From NCBI RefSeq assembly GCF_002087085.1, contig NZ_MWQY01000006.1:124001-188000 (forward strand): 64,000 nt of DNA. The letters are read 5' to 3'. A program made the position numbers and the translations under genes. The notes under the pieces are model-generated. The model did not search any database. It was not told the DNA's origin and saw only the letters and a program-made list of their open reading frames with translations. Positions 30,685-40,539 of the stretch are shown piece after piece. How positions within the stretch are numbered: position 1 is the first letter of the stretch; each line of letters begins with the position of its first letter.

Positions 30685-32130
30685 ATGCGACTGTCTCTGA
30701 AAAACAGACTGCTAATTCTACTCAGTATAACCATGCTCACAGCATTCGTCCTGATAAGCGTTCTGAACTATTCCACCGCGCGAAGGGCCATAACCCACGA
30801 GATAACCAGTTCGTCCCTTCCCCTTCTCAGGGAAAACATCTATTCGGAGATTCGGGAGGATTTTATTCCCTCCATGAATATCGCCTCAATGATGGCCACC
30901 GACTCTTTCCTCAAGAACTGGGCCCTGGCAGGAGAAGAGGATACTGATCAGATCATACAGTATCTGCAGGAAATCAGAGATAAATATACCTATAAATCGA
31001 CGTTCTTTGTCTCCGCATTAACCGGCAGATACTACCACTACGACGGTATTCTGAAAAACATCAGTTCCGAAGACCCCCACGACATCTGGTTCTATGATTT
31101 CATTCGATCCGGGAAGGATTTTGAACTTGATGTGGACAGCGACGAAGCGGCACAAAACCGGCTGACCATTTTCTTCAACTACCGGGTGGAAGATTATAAC
31201 GGGAAGCTTCTGGGCGTAACGGGAGTTGGAATCGTCATGGATGATTTCGCGGGCTACCTTCGGAATCGTCAGGAAAAATACAACAGGCGTATTTTCCTTA
31301 CAGATCACCAGGGCCTCATACAGGCCCATTCAGATACTGCCAAGGTCGAACGCGAGTTCATCACCATAAAACCCGGTATTTCCTCAATCGCCCAGGACAT
31401 ACTCCTGGCCGAAGATACACCCCTGAACGCCACCTATACCGGAGGACACGGAAAAGTCCTTGTAACCTCCCGATATATTCCCGCCATAGACTGGTTCCTG
31501 ATAGTTGAACAGGATGAAAACACCGCCCTCAGCAGCACCCGGGCCGCCCTGATCCGAACCATACTCATCGGAATAGCCGCCTCTCTTCTGATAATTCTGT
31601 TCAGCACCCTTACAATAAACCGCTACCATGCCCGGCTGGAAGAACTTGCAACAACCGACAGTCTTACCGGCTGCGCGAACCGCCGGGAACTTGAAAGACA
31701 GCTTGAACGCCTCCATTACCGGAAGGCCCGCTACGGTTCCGATGTAGCCCTGATAATCATCGACGTGGACAATTTCAAACGCCTGAATGATACCCGGGGA
31801 CACCAGGTGGGAGACCAGGTACTCAAGGTCCTGACGGATACAATTCAGGAAAGCATACGCCCCGATGACACCCTTGCCCGATGGGGGGGAGACGAGTTCG
31901 TGATCCTCATTGAAGACAACCTGAACGCCGCCCGGACCATCGCCGAACGGCTCAGGTATTTCTTCTTCAAAAACTGGACTGAACAGAAACAGGAAGGACC
32001 TGCCATTTCCCTCAGCATGGGTATAGCGGAACTCGGAAATACCGAGGATATCGCCAGCCTGATCCAGAAAGCTGACGGTGCCCTGTACCGTGCAAAACGC
32101 TCCGGAAAGGACAGGATAGAAATCAGCTGA
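30685..32130 (+). CDS. Cache-sensor diguanylate cyclase
   Basis: 2 TM with a Cache-like domain (HDIWFY...DVDSD); I-site RPDD, GGDEF; start chosen at MRLSLK (alternative 30619). Confidence 0.9.
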   Translation: MRLSLKNRLLILLSITMLTAFVLISVLNYSTARRAITHEITSSSLPLLRENIYSEIREDFIPSMNIASMMATDSFLKNWALAGEEDTDQIIQYLQEIRDKYTYKSTFFVSALTGRYYHYDGILKNISSEDPHDIWFYDFIRSGKDFELDVDSDEAAQNRLTIFFNYRVEDYNGKLLGVTGVGIVMDDFAGYLRNRQEKYNRRIFLTDHQGLIQAHSDTAKVEREFITIKPGISSIAQDILLAEDTPLNATYTGGHGKVLVTSRYIPAIDWFLIVEQDENTALSSTRAALIRTILIGIAASLLIILFSTLTINRYHARLEELATTDSLTGCANRRELERQLERLHYRKARYGSDVALIIIDVDNFKRLNDTRGHQVGDQVLKVLTDTIQESIRPDDTLARWGGDEFVILIEDNLNAARTIAERLRYFFFKNWTEQKQEGPAISLSMGIAELGNTEDIASLIQKADGALYRAKRSGKDRIEIS

Positions 32131-32134
32131 TCCC

Positions 32135-32254
32135 GGGCCCTTCTGATTTTGAGAACGATTCATCCCCATAGATTCGATTTCGTGGATAAGGAGGACCGCG
32201 GGTAATCATGACGACGCAGGATATGGGGCAAAGAGTAGTTTTTTGAGTCGCCTT
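32135..32254 (-). repeat. Degenerate copy of a MITE-like palindromic repeat
   Basis: Reverse complement of 32191-32243 matches 58078-58131 at 49/54 positions (manual alignment); terminal AAGGCGACTCAAAAAAC. Confidence 0.75.
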
Positions 32255-32277
32255 TATGATATCTTAACAGAACCACT

Positions 32278-33558
32278 ATGATACACCGAGCACTGGAAAC
32301 CATCCTCCTAGATAACGACTGTATCGGCGGGAACTCTCTTCCCGAAAATCTTTCACAACGGTATCGGATAGCCCTTTACTCCGGGACTGATCCCGATACC
32401 CCGGAGAGCCCACCGGAAGCGGTTTTTCTTATCAGCGACAAGAATGCCCTCCTCGCTGAAGGCGAATCCCGGGGTATTTTCAGCCTTCAGATACTGAACT
32501 CCGAGAATCTTACCCACATGAGCGCAATCCCCCCGGAGCGGCTGGTATTTCACAGTCTCCATGCCGCCGTGGACTGGATACTGAAGCATCCGAACGCGCG
32601 GGAAGACCTTCAGAAGGCCATAGATAAGGGGGCACTTTCCTTGAGGCAGGGAAAACTGACCGCCTTCCCCACCGAGACAGTATACGGACTTGGCGCCGAC
32701 GCGCTGAACCGGGATGCCGTCAAGCTGATATTCAAGGCCAAACAGCGCCCTTTTTACGATCCGCTGATCGTCCACATAAGTGAACTGCAGCAGCTCGACA
32801 CGCTGGTGCTGGAGTTTCCCGAAAAGGCCCGCCGGCTTGCTGAAGCCTTCTGGCCGGGGCCCCTGACCCTGGTATTGAAAAAAGATTCCCGGGTTCCGGA
32901 TATCGTGACCGCCGGACACCCGACGGTGGCAATCCGCATGCCTTCCAACCCCTGGGCCCGGGAACTTATTCACCGGGCGGGGACGCCGGTGGCTGCCCCC
33001 AGCGCCAACCTCTTCGGACGTACAAGCCCGACAACCGCAGCTCACGTGGCTGAACAGCTTTCAGGCAGCTACGAAGTCCTGATAGATGCAGGTGCATGTC
33101 GGGTAGGACTCGAATCCACCGTCCTCTCCCTGGCGGGAGAGCGGCCCCTCCTGCTGCGCAGCGGCGGAGTAAGCCGGGAGCAGATAGAAGAGATTATCGG
33201 CCCGGTGGAAGTCCCGGCAAAAACACGAGCCGGAGACGCCGAGAGTCCGGGGATGCTGCCCAACCATTACGCCCCGGTGACCCCCCTGCTTATGGTAGAA
33301 GATGTTCGTGACTATGCGGAGAACCGGGATATCGGCTGCATCCTGTTTGAGAAGCCGGATATCGACTTCCAAGGCCCCACAGTACAGGTGAGCGGAAACC
33401 GCAACGCGGATGAGATCGCGGTGAATATCTATGCCGCCCTCCGCAGCCTCGACGGGAAGGGCCTGCGCCTGATTGTCTGTGAATGGTGCCCGGAGTCAGG
33501 AATCGGAGCTGCGGTCAACGACCGGCTGACGAAGGCTTCCGCGAAACCTCAGGGATAG
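32278..33558 (+). CDS. sua5: L-threonylcarbamoyladenylate synthase (Sua5 type) with N-terminal extension
   Basis: AFPTETVYGLGADA, KQRP...PLIVH, WPGPLT, APSAN, SPGMLPNHYAP, SUA5 C-terminal domain. Confidence 0.92.
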   Translation: MIHRALETILLDNDCIGGNSLPENLSQRYRIALYSGTDPDTPESPPEAVFLISDKNALLAEGESRGIFSLQILNSENLTHMSAIPPERLVFHSLHAAVDWILKHPNAREDLQKAIDKGALSLRQGKLTAFPTETVYGLGADALNRDAVKLIFKAKQRPFYDPLIVHISELQQLDTLVLEFPEKARRLAEAFWPGPLTLVLKKDSRVPDIVTAGHPTVAIRMPSNPWARELIHRAGTPVAAPSANLFGRTSPTTAAHVAEQLSGSYEVLIDAGACRVGLESTVLSLAGERPLLLRSGGVSREQIEEIIGPVEVPAKTRAGDAESPGMLPNHYAPVTPLLMVEDVRDYAENRDIGCILFEKPDIDFQGPTVQVSGNRNADEIAVNIYAALRSLDGKGLRLIVCEWCPESGIGAAVNDRLTKASAKPQG

Positions 33559-34046
33559 TTCAACGCAGTGCGTATCTGCCCCCAAGCCGCGAGCTTCCTC
33601 TCAAAGGGTACCGCATGAGCAGGGCTCGTGGACGGAAGTCGTATCAGCTCTATACTCCGGGGAGGGTGAAACTTTCCCTTAAAAAGCGTATAGGCCCTGG
33701 TACCGTTGCAGAAGACGTGGGAAATTCCGGGACAGGAATCAAAAAGGGAGGGAAAATCGTTCAGTTCTTCATCCTGAATATTCTGATCCAGACTTCCCTT
33801 GCGAAAACAGGTACCCACAACGTCCCATAGAGCTATGGAATGACGAAGAAGCATCTCCTTCCGGGCTTCATACTCTGCCGGCAGAGGTTCCCCCAGAAGG
33901 GCGGCCATGAGCGGCCAGAAGGCATTGCGGGGATGGGCGTAGTATTGTCTTCTGCGCAGGGATTCTTCCCCTGGCATGGACCCGAGAATCAGCACCCGGG
34001 GGTTCCGGGGCAGTATCGGTGGAAAGGAGTTGAGACGTTCCGGCAT
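33549..34046 (-). CDS. DNA-deoxyinosine glycosylase / UDG superfamily
   Basis: LILGSMPGEESL...QYYAHPRNAFW, LWDVV, NGTRA, LPSTSPA; start taken at MPERLNSF. Confidence 0.88.
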   Translation of the reverse strand: MPERLNSFPPILPRNPRVLILGSMPGEESLRRRQYYAHPRNAFWPLMAALLGEPLPAEYEARKEMLLRHSIALWDVVGTCFRKGSLDQNIQDEELNDFPSLFDSCPGISHVFCNGTRAYTLFKGKFHPPRSIELIRLPSTSPAHAVPFERKLAAWGQIRTALNYP

Positions 34047-34132
34047 CAACTCAAGCATACAGAAAACAGGCAGAAACGTCATTGCCCTGAACTGCGACGA
34101 GGTATATAACAGAAACAGGGAGGAGGGGGAAA

Positions 34133-34903
34133 ATGTTTTCCAAAAAAAAGATCGGCTTGACCCTGAGCGGTGGCGCCGCCCGCGGCTTTGCACATATCGG
34201 TGTATTGAAGGTGCTGCAGGAGAATTCCATACCCATTCATTATGTAACGGGAACAAGTGTGGGTTCCATAGTTGGGGCCCTTATCTGCGGCGGTTACGGA
34301 TGGGAGGAGATCCTGAAGATAGCCCGGGACCTGAAATGGTCGGAGCTTGTCCGTCCCACCCTTTCGGGGATGGGTCTTGTAAAGTCCGACCGTCTGGAGA
34401 ACTTTATTAACGACCTGCTGGGATCTGTGGAGTTCAGGGATCTCGAAATCCCCTTACGGGTAGTCGCTGTGGACCTCAACAGGGCCGAGGAGCTGATCTT
34501 CGATTCAGGTTCCGTGGCACGGGCGGTTCGGGCCAGCTCATCGGTACCGGGGATCTTTGAACCGGTACTGGAAAAAAAGCGGGTTCTGGTGGACGGCGGT
34601 GTAATAAACAACCTGCCCTGTTCCCTTGCCCGGAAGATGGGGGCCCAGAAGGTTATAGCCGTGGACCTGAACGCGAATCCCTCCAACGATCAGCCGCCGG
34701 AGAACCTGCTGGACATTACCTACCGGAGTTTCGCCATAATGCTGAACAACAGCAGTATGGAAGGCCGAAGCAACGCCGACATAGTCATTCAACCGGAGCT
34801 CCATGACTACAACTACCATGACCTTTCGAAGGCCGACGATATGGTTCGCAAGGGGGAGGAAGCCGCTCAGGCTCAGATAAAGCGTTTAAAGCGTCTTCGC
34901 TGA
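34133..34903 (+). CDS. Patatin-like phospholipase
   Basis: LSGGAARG, GTSVG, DGG motifs. Confidence 0.92.
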   Translation: MFSKKKIGLTLSGGAARGFAHIGVLKVLQENSIPIHYVTGTSVGSIVGALICGGYGWEEILKIARDLKWSELVRPTLSGMGLVKSDRLENFINDLLGSVEFRDLEIPLRVVAVDLNRAEELIFDSGSVARAVRASSSVPGIFEPVLEKKRVLVDGGVINNLPCSLARKMGAQKVIAVDLNANPSNDQPPENLLDITYRSFAIMLNNSSMEGRSNADIVIQPELHDYNYHDLSKADDMVRKGEEAAQAQIKRLKRLR

Positions 34904-34922
34904 CCCCTTGCCGGAAGTTCGA

Positions 34923-35915
34923 TCAGGTACTCTCCTTCTCAGTCAGGTAACGCTCCGCTTCCAGGGCTGCCATGCATCCCGAACCAGCTGCGGTAACCGC
35001 CTGACGGTACACCTTGTCTTTTACATCTCCGCAGGCGAATACCCCGGGAAGCTCTGTTGCCGTGGAGTCAGGCTTCGCCACCAGGTAGCCGGTCTCGTCG
35101 GTCTTCAGCTGCCCCTGCAGGAAGGCTGTATTGGGGGTATGCCCGACGGCGTAGAAGAGTCCCTTTGCGGGGATATCATAGACCTCGCCGCTCTTGTTGT
35201 TTTTGACCTTGACCCCGCCCAGGAAGCGCATTCCGAATTTGTTCGCTTCCCCCTGGAGGGCCTCGACGGCATTGGTATTCCAGTGAATCTCGATCTTGGG
35301 ATTGTTGAAAACCCTGTCCTGCATTGCCTTGCTTGCCCTGAAAACATCCCGGCGTACCAGCATGTGGACGGATGAACCGAATTTCGACAGATAGCTGGCC
35401 TCTTCACAGGCGGTATCACCGCCGCCTATAACGACAAGGGGCTGGTCCCGGTACATGGGAAGGGCCCCGTCACAGACTGCACAGGCGGAGATACCCTTCT
35501 GCCACAGTTCTTCCTCTCCCTTTATTCCAAGTCTTTTTGCGGTAGCCCCTGTTGCGATGATTACAGTCTCCGTAAGAAACTCCTCGGCACTGTCGCCTGT
35601 TCCCACAATAACCTTTTTTGGGCTGGATTTCAGATCCACGGATTCCACGGTCCTGGTTTCGATACGCGTACCCAGCCGCTGGGACTGCTCCCGCATCCTG
35701 TCCATGAGGACCGGGCCACTGATACCTTCCGGAAAACCGGGATAGTTTTCAACCTCGGTTGTGGTAGTCAGCTGCCCTCCGGCGGCAACTCCGGCGGCCA
35801 TGAATCCTTCAAACATCAAAGGGTGCAGTTCCGCCCTCGCAGCATATATGGCCGCGGTATGTCCGGCAGGTCCCGACCCGATTATGATTACCTTTTCAAC
35901 TTTGTCAGATGCCAT
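34923..35915 (-). CDS. trxB: Thioredoxin-disulfide reductase
   Basis: GSGPAG, CAVC, GGGDTA, GD..D..YRQA. Confidence 0.96.
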   Translation of the reverse strand: MASDKVEKVIIIGSGPAGHTAAIYAARAELHPLMFEGFMAAGVAAGGQLTTTTEVENYPGFPEGISGPVLMDRMREQSQRLGTRIETRTVESVDLKSSPKKVIVGTGDSAEEFLTETVIIATGATAKRLGIKGEEELWQKGISACAVCDGALPMYRDQPLVVIGGGDTACEEASYLSKFGSSVHMLVRRDVFRASKAMQDRVFNNPKIEIHWNTNAVEALQGEANKFGMRFLGGVKVKNNKSGEVYDIPAKGLFYAVGHTPNTAFLQGQLKTDETGYLVAKPDSTATELPGVFACGDVKDKVYRQAVTAAGSGCMAALEAERYLTEKEST

Positions 35916-35967
35916 ACGTGTGTGTTCCTCCTGAATGCTCCCAGGAATAAACCCGGTTTCTATATAT

Positions 35968-35999
35968 ATAAATATCTTAATATTTATCTAAAATGTCAA
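35968..35999 (-). promoter_or_regulatory. trxB promoter with internal palindrome
   Basis: Minus-strand TTGACA (35994-35999); palindrome ATAAATA-N6-TATTTAT (35968-35987). Confidence 0.45.
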
Positions 36000-36500
36000 T
36001 GCCTCAACTATCCTCTCGGCACACCACTCGACAAAATCACGGTCCCAGATATCATATTGATCCGCTTCGTCATTCCCTGACAACTGAAAGCGGCTTCGCC
36101 GATATTCCAGCCTACCCAGGAGTGTTCCAATACGACTGTTATCCCTGTCCATCAGGGATCCTTCAAGGTGGATTTCGTATCGTTTGGAAAGAAATCCCGG
36201 ACTCCTGTCTTCCCGGGACTGAACCTGCGTGCGCAACAGGAGTTTCAGCTCAACCTCGGGACTTCCCGGCGGGCGGAACCTCTTTTCGGTCTCACCGGCA
36301 ATTCTACGGCTGAATTCACTGCTGTCCAGGGCAGAGAAGGATACAGCAGCACCGGGGGACGGTTCTTCGAAGAGCTCCAGAGTAAGCCCGGGTTCACTCC
36401 GCCCGGCTGGAGCTCCGCTGCAGGCAAAAAATACAAGTACCGACATCGTCAACAGTACGGGTATCAGTTTTTGTAAGGTTTTTCCGGAGGATATCTGCAT
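35988..36500 (-). CDS. Hypothetical lipoprotein
   Basis: Hydrophobic leader ending FFAC; co-oriented with neighbours. Confidence 0.65.
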   Translation of the reverse strand: MQISSGKTLQKLIPVLLTMSVLVFFACSGAPAGRSEPGLTLELFEEPSPGAAVSFSALDSSEFSRRIAGETEKRFRPPGSPEVELKLLLRTQVQSREDRSPGFLSKRYEIHLEGSLMDRDNSRIGTLLGRLEYRRSRFQLSGNDEADQYDIWDRDFVEWCAERIVEALTF

Positions 36501-36536
36501 ATCTTAAAGGATACAGCAACTCCAGTTCCCGGGCAA

Positions 36537-37496
36537 CTAGGTAAAACCGCTCACCTTGAGAATGGTCAGGATTACCGTGAGGCTGAGAAAACAGAAGGAG
36601 GTACTGACAAGTATGACACTTCCGGCGGTGTCCCGGTCGGCCCCCATGGCATCGGCCATGGGATAACTCGCCACCGCCGCAGGCGCGCCGGAGAAAACAG
36701 CAAGTATAACCAGGGCTTCACCGTTAAGGCCCAGAATAATTCCGATAATCACCGCAAAAAAAGGCAGAATAAAAAGCTTAAGAAAGGAGCTTATCGCAGC
36801 TACAGGATAATGGCCTCCGGAGCGATATTCCCCCATTGAGCCGCCGATGCCTACCAGTGCCAGGGGCAGAGCGAGACGCTGCAGATAGGTCAGGGCGTCG
36901 GTCAACACCGCGGGAAGGGGAATATGTGCAGAAGAAACCAGAACACCCAGAATAATCGAGGTAATCAGGGGATTGCGGAAACTTTTACCGAGTACGGTAA
37001 AGGCTTTCTTTACAGGGTGGGCATGAACCTCAACATCCTTCCCCAGCAAGGAAAGTACCACCACGCTGGCAAAGTTATGAAGGGGTAAAAAGAAGGCAAT
37101 AAGGAGTGCACCGGCAGGGACCCACTGGGGTCCCAGAATCTGGTCAAGTACAGCCAGCCCGATAATGGCAAAGTTACCCCTCAGGGCACCCTGTACAAAT
37201 GAAGCTTTCTGAGGATCTGACAGGCGCAGTGCTCCGCCCACAAGATACCCCGCTATCGTGGTAAGGATCATTGCTGTTGCAAAGGAGAGAATTTCACGCC
37301 AGGGAAGACCGCTGGAGAAGTCGGCACCGGCGGTGTTCAGAAATACCAGCGCCGGCATGGCCACATAGAAGACAAGCCTGTTGGCGCTGCCGATAAAGGA
37401 ATCATCGACCCACCGAAGCGCAAAGGCCAGGTATCCCAGAAGAAGCACCAGAAAGATCGGTGCTATTTTCAGCAGTATAAGAGTAAGTACAGCCAT
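36537..37496 (-). CDS. AEC family transporter
   Basis: NRLVFYVAMPAL, RGNFAIIGL, NPLI, KLFILP, PAAVASY; start at MAVLT. Confidence 0.88.
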   Translation of the reverse strand: MAVLTLILLKIAPIFLVLLLGYLAFALRWVDDSFIGSANRLVFYVAMPALVFLNTAGADFSSGLPWREILSFATAMILTTIAGYLVGGALRLSDPQKASFVQGALRGNFAIIGLAVLDQILGPQWVPAGALLIAFFLPLHNFASVVVLSLLGKDVEVHAHPVKKAFTVLGKSFRNPLITSIILGVLVSSAHIPLPAVLTDALTYLQRLALPLALVGIGGSMGEYRSGGHYPVAAISSFLKLFILPFFAVIIGIILGLNGEALVILAVFSGAPAAVASYPMADAMGADRDTAGSVILVSTSFCFLSLTVILTILKVSGFT

Positions 37497-37518
37497 GGAA
37501 TCCCGCTGATCAGATCCT

Positions 37519-38973
37519 TTAACGACGCCAGAAAGAGGGAACCAGCAGGACAAGAACCGTATAAACCTCGAGCCTTCCCACGAGCATGGCAATACTCAGA
37601 ACCCACTTTATGTACGGCTCATAAAAGGCATAGTTCATGGTTGGCCCTACCTTCGCAAAACCGGGACCAATATTCCCCACGGTTACCAGAGCGCTGGAAA
37701 ATGATGTAACCAGATCGTATCCCCCGGTTGAGACGACCGCCGTTGTAACCAGAAGGCACAGCATATAGAGGGTAAAAAAGCCCACGACGGTATAGATAAA
37801 ATCTTTGCGTACCGGCTCACCGTTAATACGTACAACATGTACCCCCTTGTGACGAAAGAGGTACTTCATCTCGTTAACGGCCTGCTTAAAGAGGGTAACG
37901 ATTCGTATTACCTTGATACCCCCTCCGGTTGATCCTGAGCAGCCTCCGATAAACATAAGAAAGAAAAGGATATATTTTGAAAACGCCGGCCACAGGTCGA
38001 AGTCGGCGGTGGCGTATCCCGTTGTCGTAAGAACGGTGGCGGACTGAAATCCGGCATAGCGGAGGCTCTCGGCAAAACCCTGATACACGACCTTATTCAG
38101 AGAAAATGCGAGGATCAGGGTCGATCCGCCGAAGATTGCCAGATAAGCCAGAAACTCGGTATTTTTGATCAGGTCCCGGAACCTGCCCTGAAGGGCCCGA
38201 AAGTAGAGTCCGAAGTTCAGACCCGCGGCCACCATAAAAACGGTAATTACGATATCTATGTAGGCTGAGTTGTAGTGCCCGACGCTGGCAGCTTTAGGAG
38301 AGAACCCCCCCGTTGCCAGGGTACCGAAGGTATGGGTCAGGGCATCGAAGAGGTTCATCCCTCCGAACATCAGGAGGGCCGTTTCCAGAACAGTAAGTCC
38401 AAGGTAGATCAGCCAGAGAATCTTGGCGGTCTCCGCGACTTTGGGGCTGATCTTTTCCAGGGTCGGTCCCGGGGATTCAGCCCGCATCAGCTGGGCTCCG
38501 CCGACGCCCAGAATCGGCAGGATTGCCACCGTCAGTACGACGATTCCCATACCCCCAAGCCAGTGGGTAAGGGAACGCCAGAAAAGCAGGGCCGGAGACA
38601 TGGCTTCAATATCCGTAAGGATCGAAGCCCCGGTGGTGGTGAACCCGGAGATCGTCTCAAAAAAAGCGTCGGTATAAGCGGGAATTTCACCGGAAATAAA
38701 AAACGGAAGCGCCCCTATGGCTGAGGCGGCGAGCCAGCTGAGGGTTACCAGAAGGAAGCCCTCCTTGGCCCGCAGATACCGTCGCCTGTAAGGCCGGGTT
38801 GCAAGATAGACCACCACGCAGACCACAACCGTCGGAACTATCGTATAAAGAAATGCAAGAACCACTTCCGTGTTCTGCCCGTAGATCGCGATACCCAGGG
38901 GAATGAACATAAAAAACGAGACAATCGCGATCAGGGCGGAAAGGATATTGAAGATCAGGCTGTACTGAATCAT
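37519..38973 (-). CDS. trkH: Trk potassium uptake permease
   Basis: SGFTTTGAS, ATGGF, TTTGY, GGCSGSTGGGIK, GNIGPG, GRLE. Confidence 0.95.
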   Translation of the reverse strand: MIQYSLIFNILSALIAIVSFFMFIPLGIAIYGQNTEVVLAFLYTIVPTVVVCVVVYLATRPYRRRYLRAKEGFLLVTLSWLAASAIGALPFFISGEIPAYTDAFFETISGFTTTGASILTDIEAMSPALLFWRSLTHWLGGMGIVVLTVAILPILGVGGAQLMRAESPGPTLEKISPKVAETAKILWLIYLGLTVLETALLMFGGMNLFDALTHTFGTLATGGFSPKAASVGHYNSAYIDIVITVFMVAAGLNFGLYFRALQGRFRDLIKNTEFLAYLAIFGGSTLILAFSLNKVVYQGFAESLRYAGFQSATVLTTTGYATADFDLWPAFSKYILFFLMFIGGCSGSTGGGIKVIRIVTLFKQAVNEMKYLFRHKGVHVVRINGEPVRKDFIYTVVGFFTLYMLCLLVTTAVVSTGGYDLVTSFSSALVTVGNIGPGFAKVGPTMNYAFYEPYIKWVLSIAMLVGRLEVYTVLVLLVPSFWRR

Positions 38974-40376
38974 TTTCCGGTGATCGCTCCCTCGACCTTC
39001 TTGATATCCTCGGTCCGGGCTATAACGAATACCCGGTCGCTCATCTGAAGCATAAAATCTCCGTGGGGCAGAATATGTTCATCCTGCCGGACCACCAGCA
39101 TTATCAGGCTTTGTTTCGGCAGCCGTATATCCTTGATCGTTTTCCCCGCAATGGGAGACCCTTTTTCGATGGAAAATTCGATTATCTCAAAAAGACTGTC
39201 GGAAATACTGTGAATGCTGCGGACATTTCCCCGGCGAATAATCTTGAGAATACTGTTTACCAGGGCGTTGTTCAGACTTACCACCACATCGATGCCCAGT
39301 TCATGGGCCATGTTTACATATCCCCGGCGCTGCACCAGAGCTATGGTCCGGGAGATACCCAGTTTTTTGGCGTACATGGCGGTAATAATATTGAGTTCCT
39401 GGTTACCGGTGGCCGTGAGCAGCAGGTCGTAGCCCTCGATGTCTCCCTCTTCGAGAATCCCTTCACTGGAGATGTCGGCGTTTGTCACGTGGGCATCGGG
39501 ATAACGCTCGATAAGGGCCTTGCACTTATCATAATCCTGCTCGATAAAATGCAGGACCCGGTTCCGTCTCTTTGGTACAAAACGGTTGAGCATCTTCCTG
39601 AAGATACTGCTTCCTTCATCTGTCGGCTGATAGAGCTGGTCCGCAATATAACGGCTTACCTTGCCCCCTCCCACGATGGCTATCCGATGGATGGGGGTTT
39701 TATGACGTCCGTTTATTTCCAGAATCCTGTCCAGTTCCGCTTCGCTTCCCAGCAGATGAAGCTGATCACCGGCAAAGATTACCGTATCCCCGGAGGGAAT
39801 CATGTATTCGTCGTTACGGTTCATAAGGGCTATCAGAAAGTTACTGTCCGTCTCTGCCCGCATAAGACGCACCGGTTTGCCCACAAATGGGGACTCCTCC
39901 GGGACAATGACATCACAGAGCTGCAGGTCCCCCTGATCAAAGAGCAGAATATTGCTCTTTGCCCCCCGTTCAATGGACCGGAGAATTACCCTGGCGGTTT
40001 CGATTTCAGGATTGACGACATGGTTTATGCCAAAGAGCGGGTTCTCCAGCATTCTGGACGCCGAATAGTCCAGGTTCCGTACCCTGGCTATGGTAACAGG
40101 CCTGGAAAACTCCGCCGCCACCAGACCGCAGGAGATCATGTTGATCTCGTCACTGTCGGTAACCGCAACAAAGAAATCCGCATCCTCGATGCCTGCTTCC
40201 CGCAGAACCGCGGGACTGTTTCCTTCATCGTTTATTACATGACAATCAACAGTGTTGGCCAGTTGCTTAGCCACCGCAAGGGATTTCTCAATCACCGTTA
40301 CCTGCTTGTCCTCACTGACAAGCTGACGGGCAAGATTATACCCGACCCGGCCGCCGCCCAGAATAATAATGTTCAT
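38970..40376 (-). CDS. trkA: Trk potassium uptake regulatory subunit
   Basis: Two RCK_N/RCK_C repeats (GGGRVG, GGGKVS); 4-nt overlap with trkH. Confidence 0.93.
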   Translation of the reverse strand: MNIIILGGGRVGYNLARQLVSEDKQVTVIEKSLAVAKQLANTVDCHVINDEGNSPAVLREAGIEDADFFVAVTDSDEINMISCGLVAAEFSRPVTIARVRNLDYSASRMLENPLFGINHVVNPEIETARVILRSIERGAKSNILLFDQGDLQLCDVIVPEESPFVGKPVRLMRAETDSNFLIALMNRNDEYMIPSGDTVIFAGDQLHLLGSEAELDRILEINGRHKTPIHRIAIVGGGKVSRYIADQLYQPTDEGSSIFRKMLNRFVPKRRNRVLHFIEQDYDKCKALIERYPDAHVTNADISSEGILEEGDIEGYDLLLTATGNQELNIITAMYAKKLGISRTIALVQRRGYVNMAHELGIDVVVSLNNALVNSILKIIRRGNVRSIHSISDSLFEIIEFSIEKGSPIAGKTIKDIRLPKQSLIMLVVRQDEHILPHGDFMLQMSDRVFVIARTEDIKKVEGAITGK

Positions 40377-40539
40377 CGCAGGATACGGTATGACATCCTC
40401 CCCGACCTGTCAACTAATTAGCCTGACCAATTTTAAGGTTTTCCTAATGCAGGGTCTTCCACTACGCCGCTGAAACAGGAGATTTGCGGTCAGGATTTCA
40501 ATATAGTATTATTCCTGATAGATAAAGGAGGAAAGTCGT

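Noticed and set aside
34923..35915. TrxB resembling the plant/fungal NTR type
   Set aside because: This subtype also occurs in bacteria; no basis for a transfer claim without a tree
39063..40421. 452-aa plus-strand ORF (similarly 9407-10546, 16240-17301, 28201-29388, 59797-60741)
   Set aside because: Antisense shadows of well-supported genes, expected at this GC content
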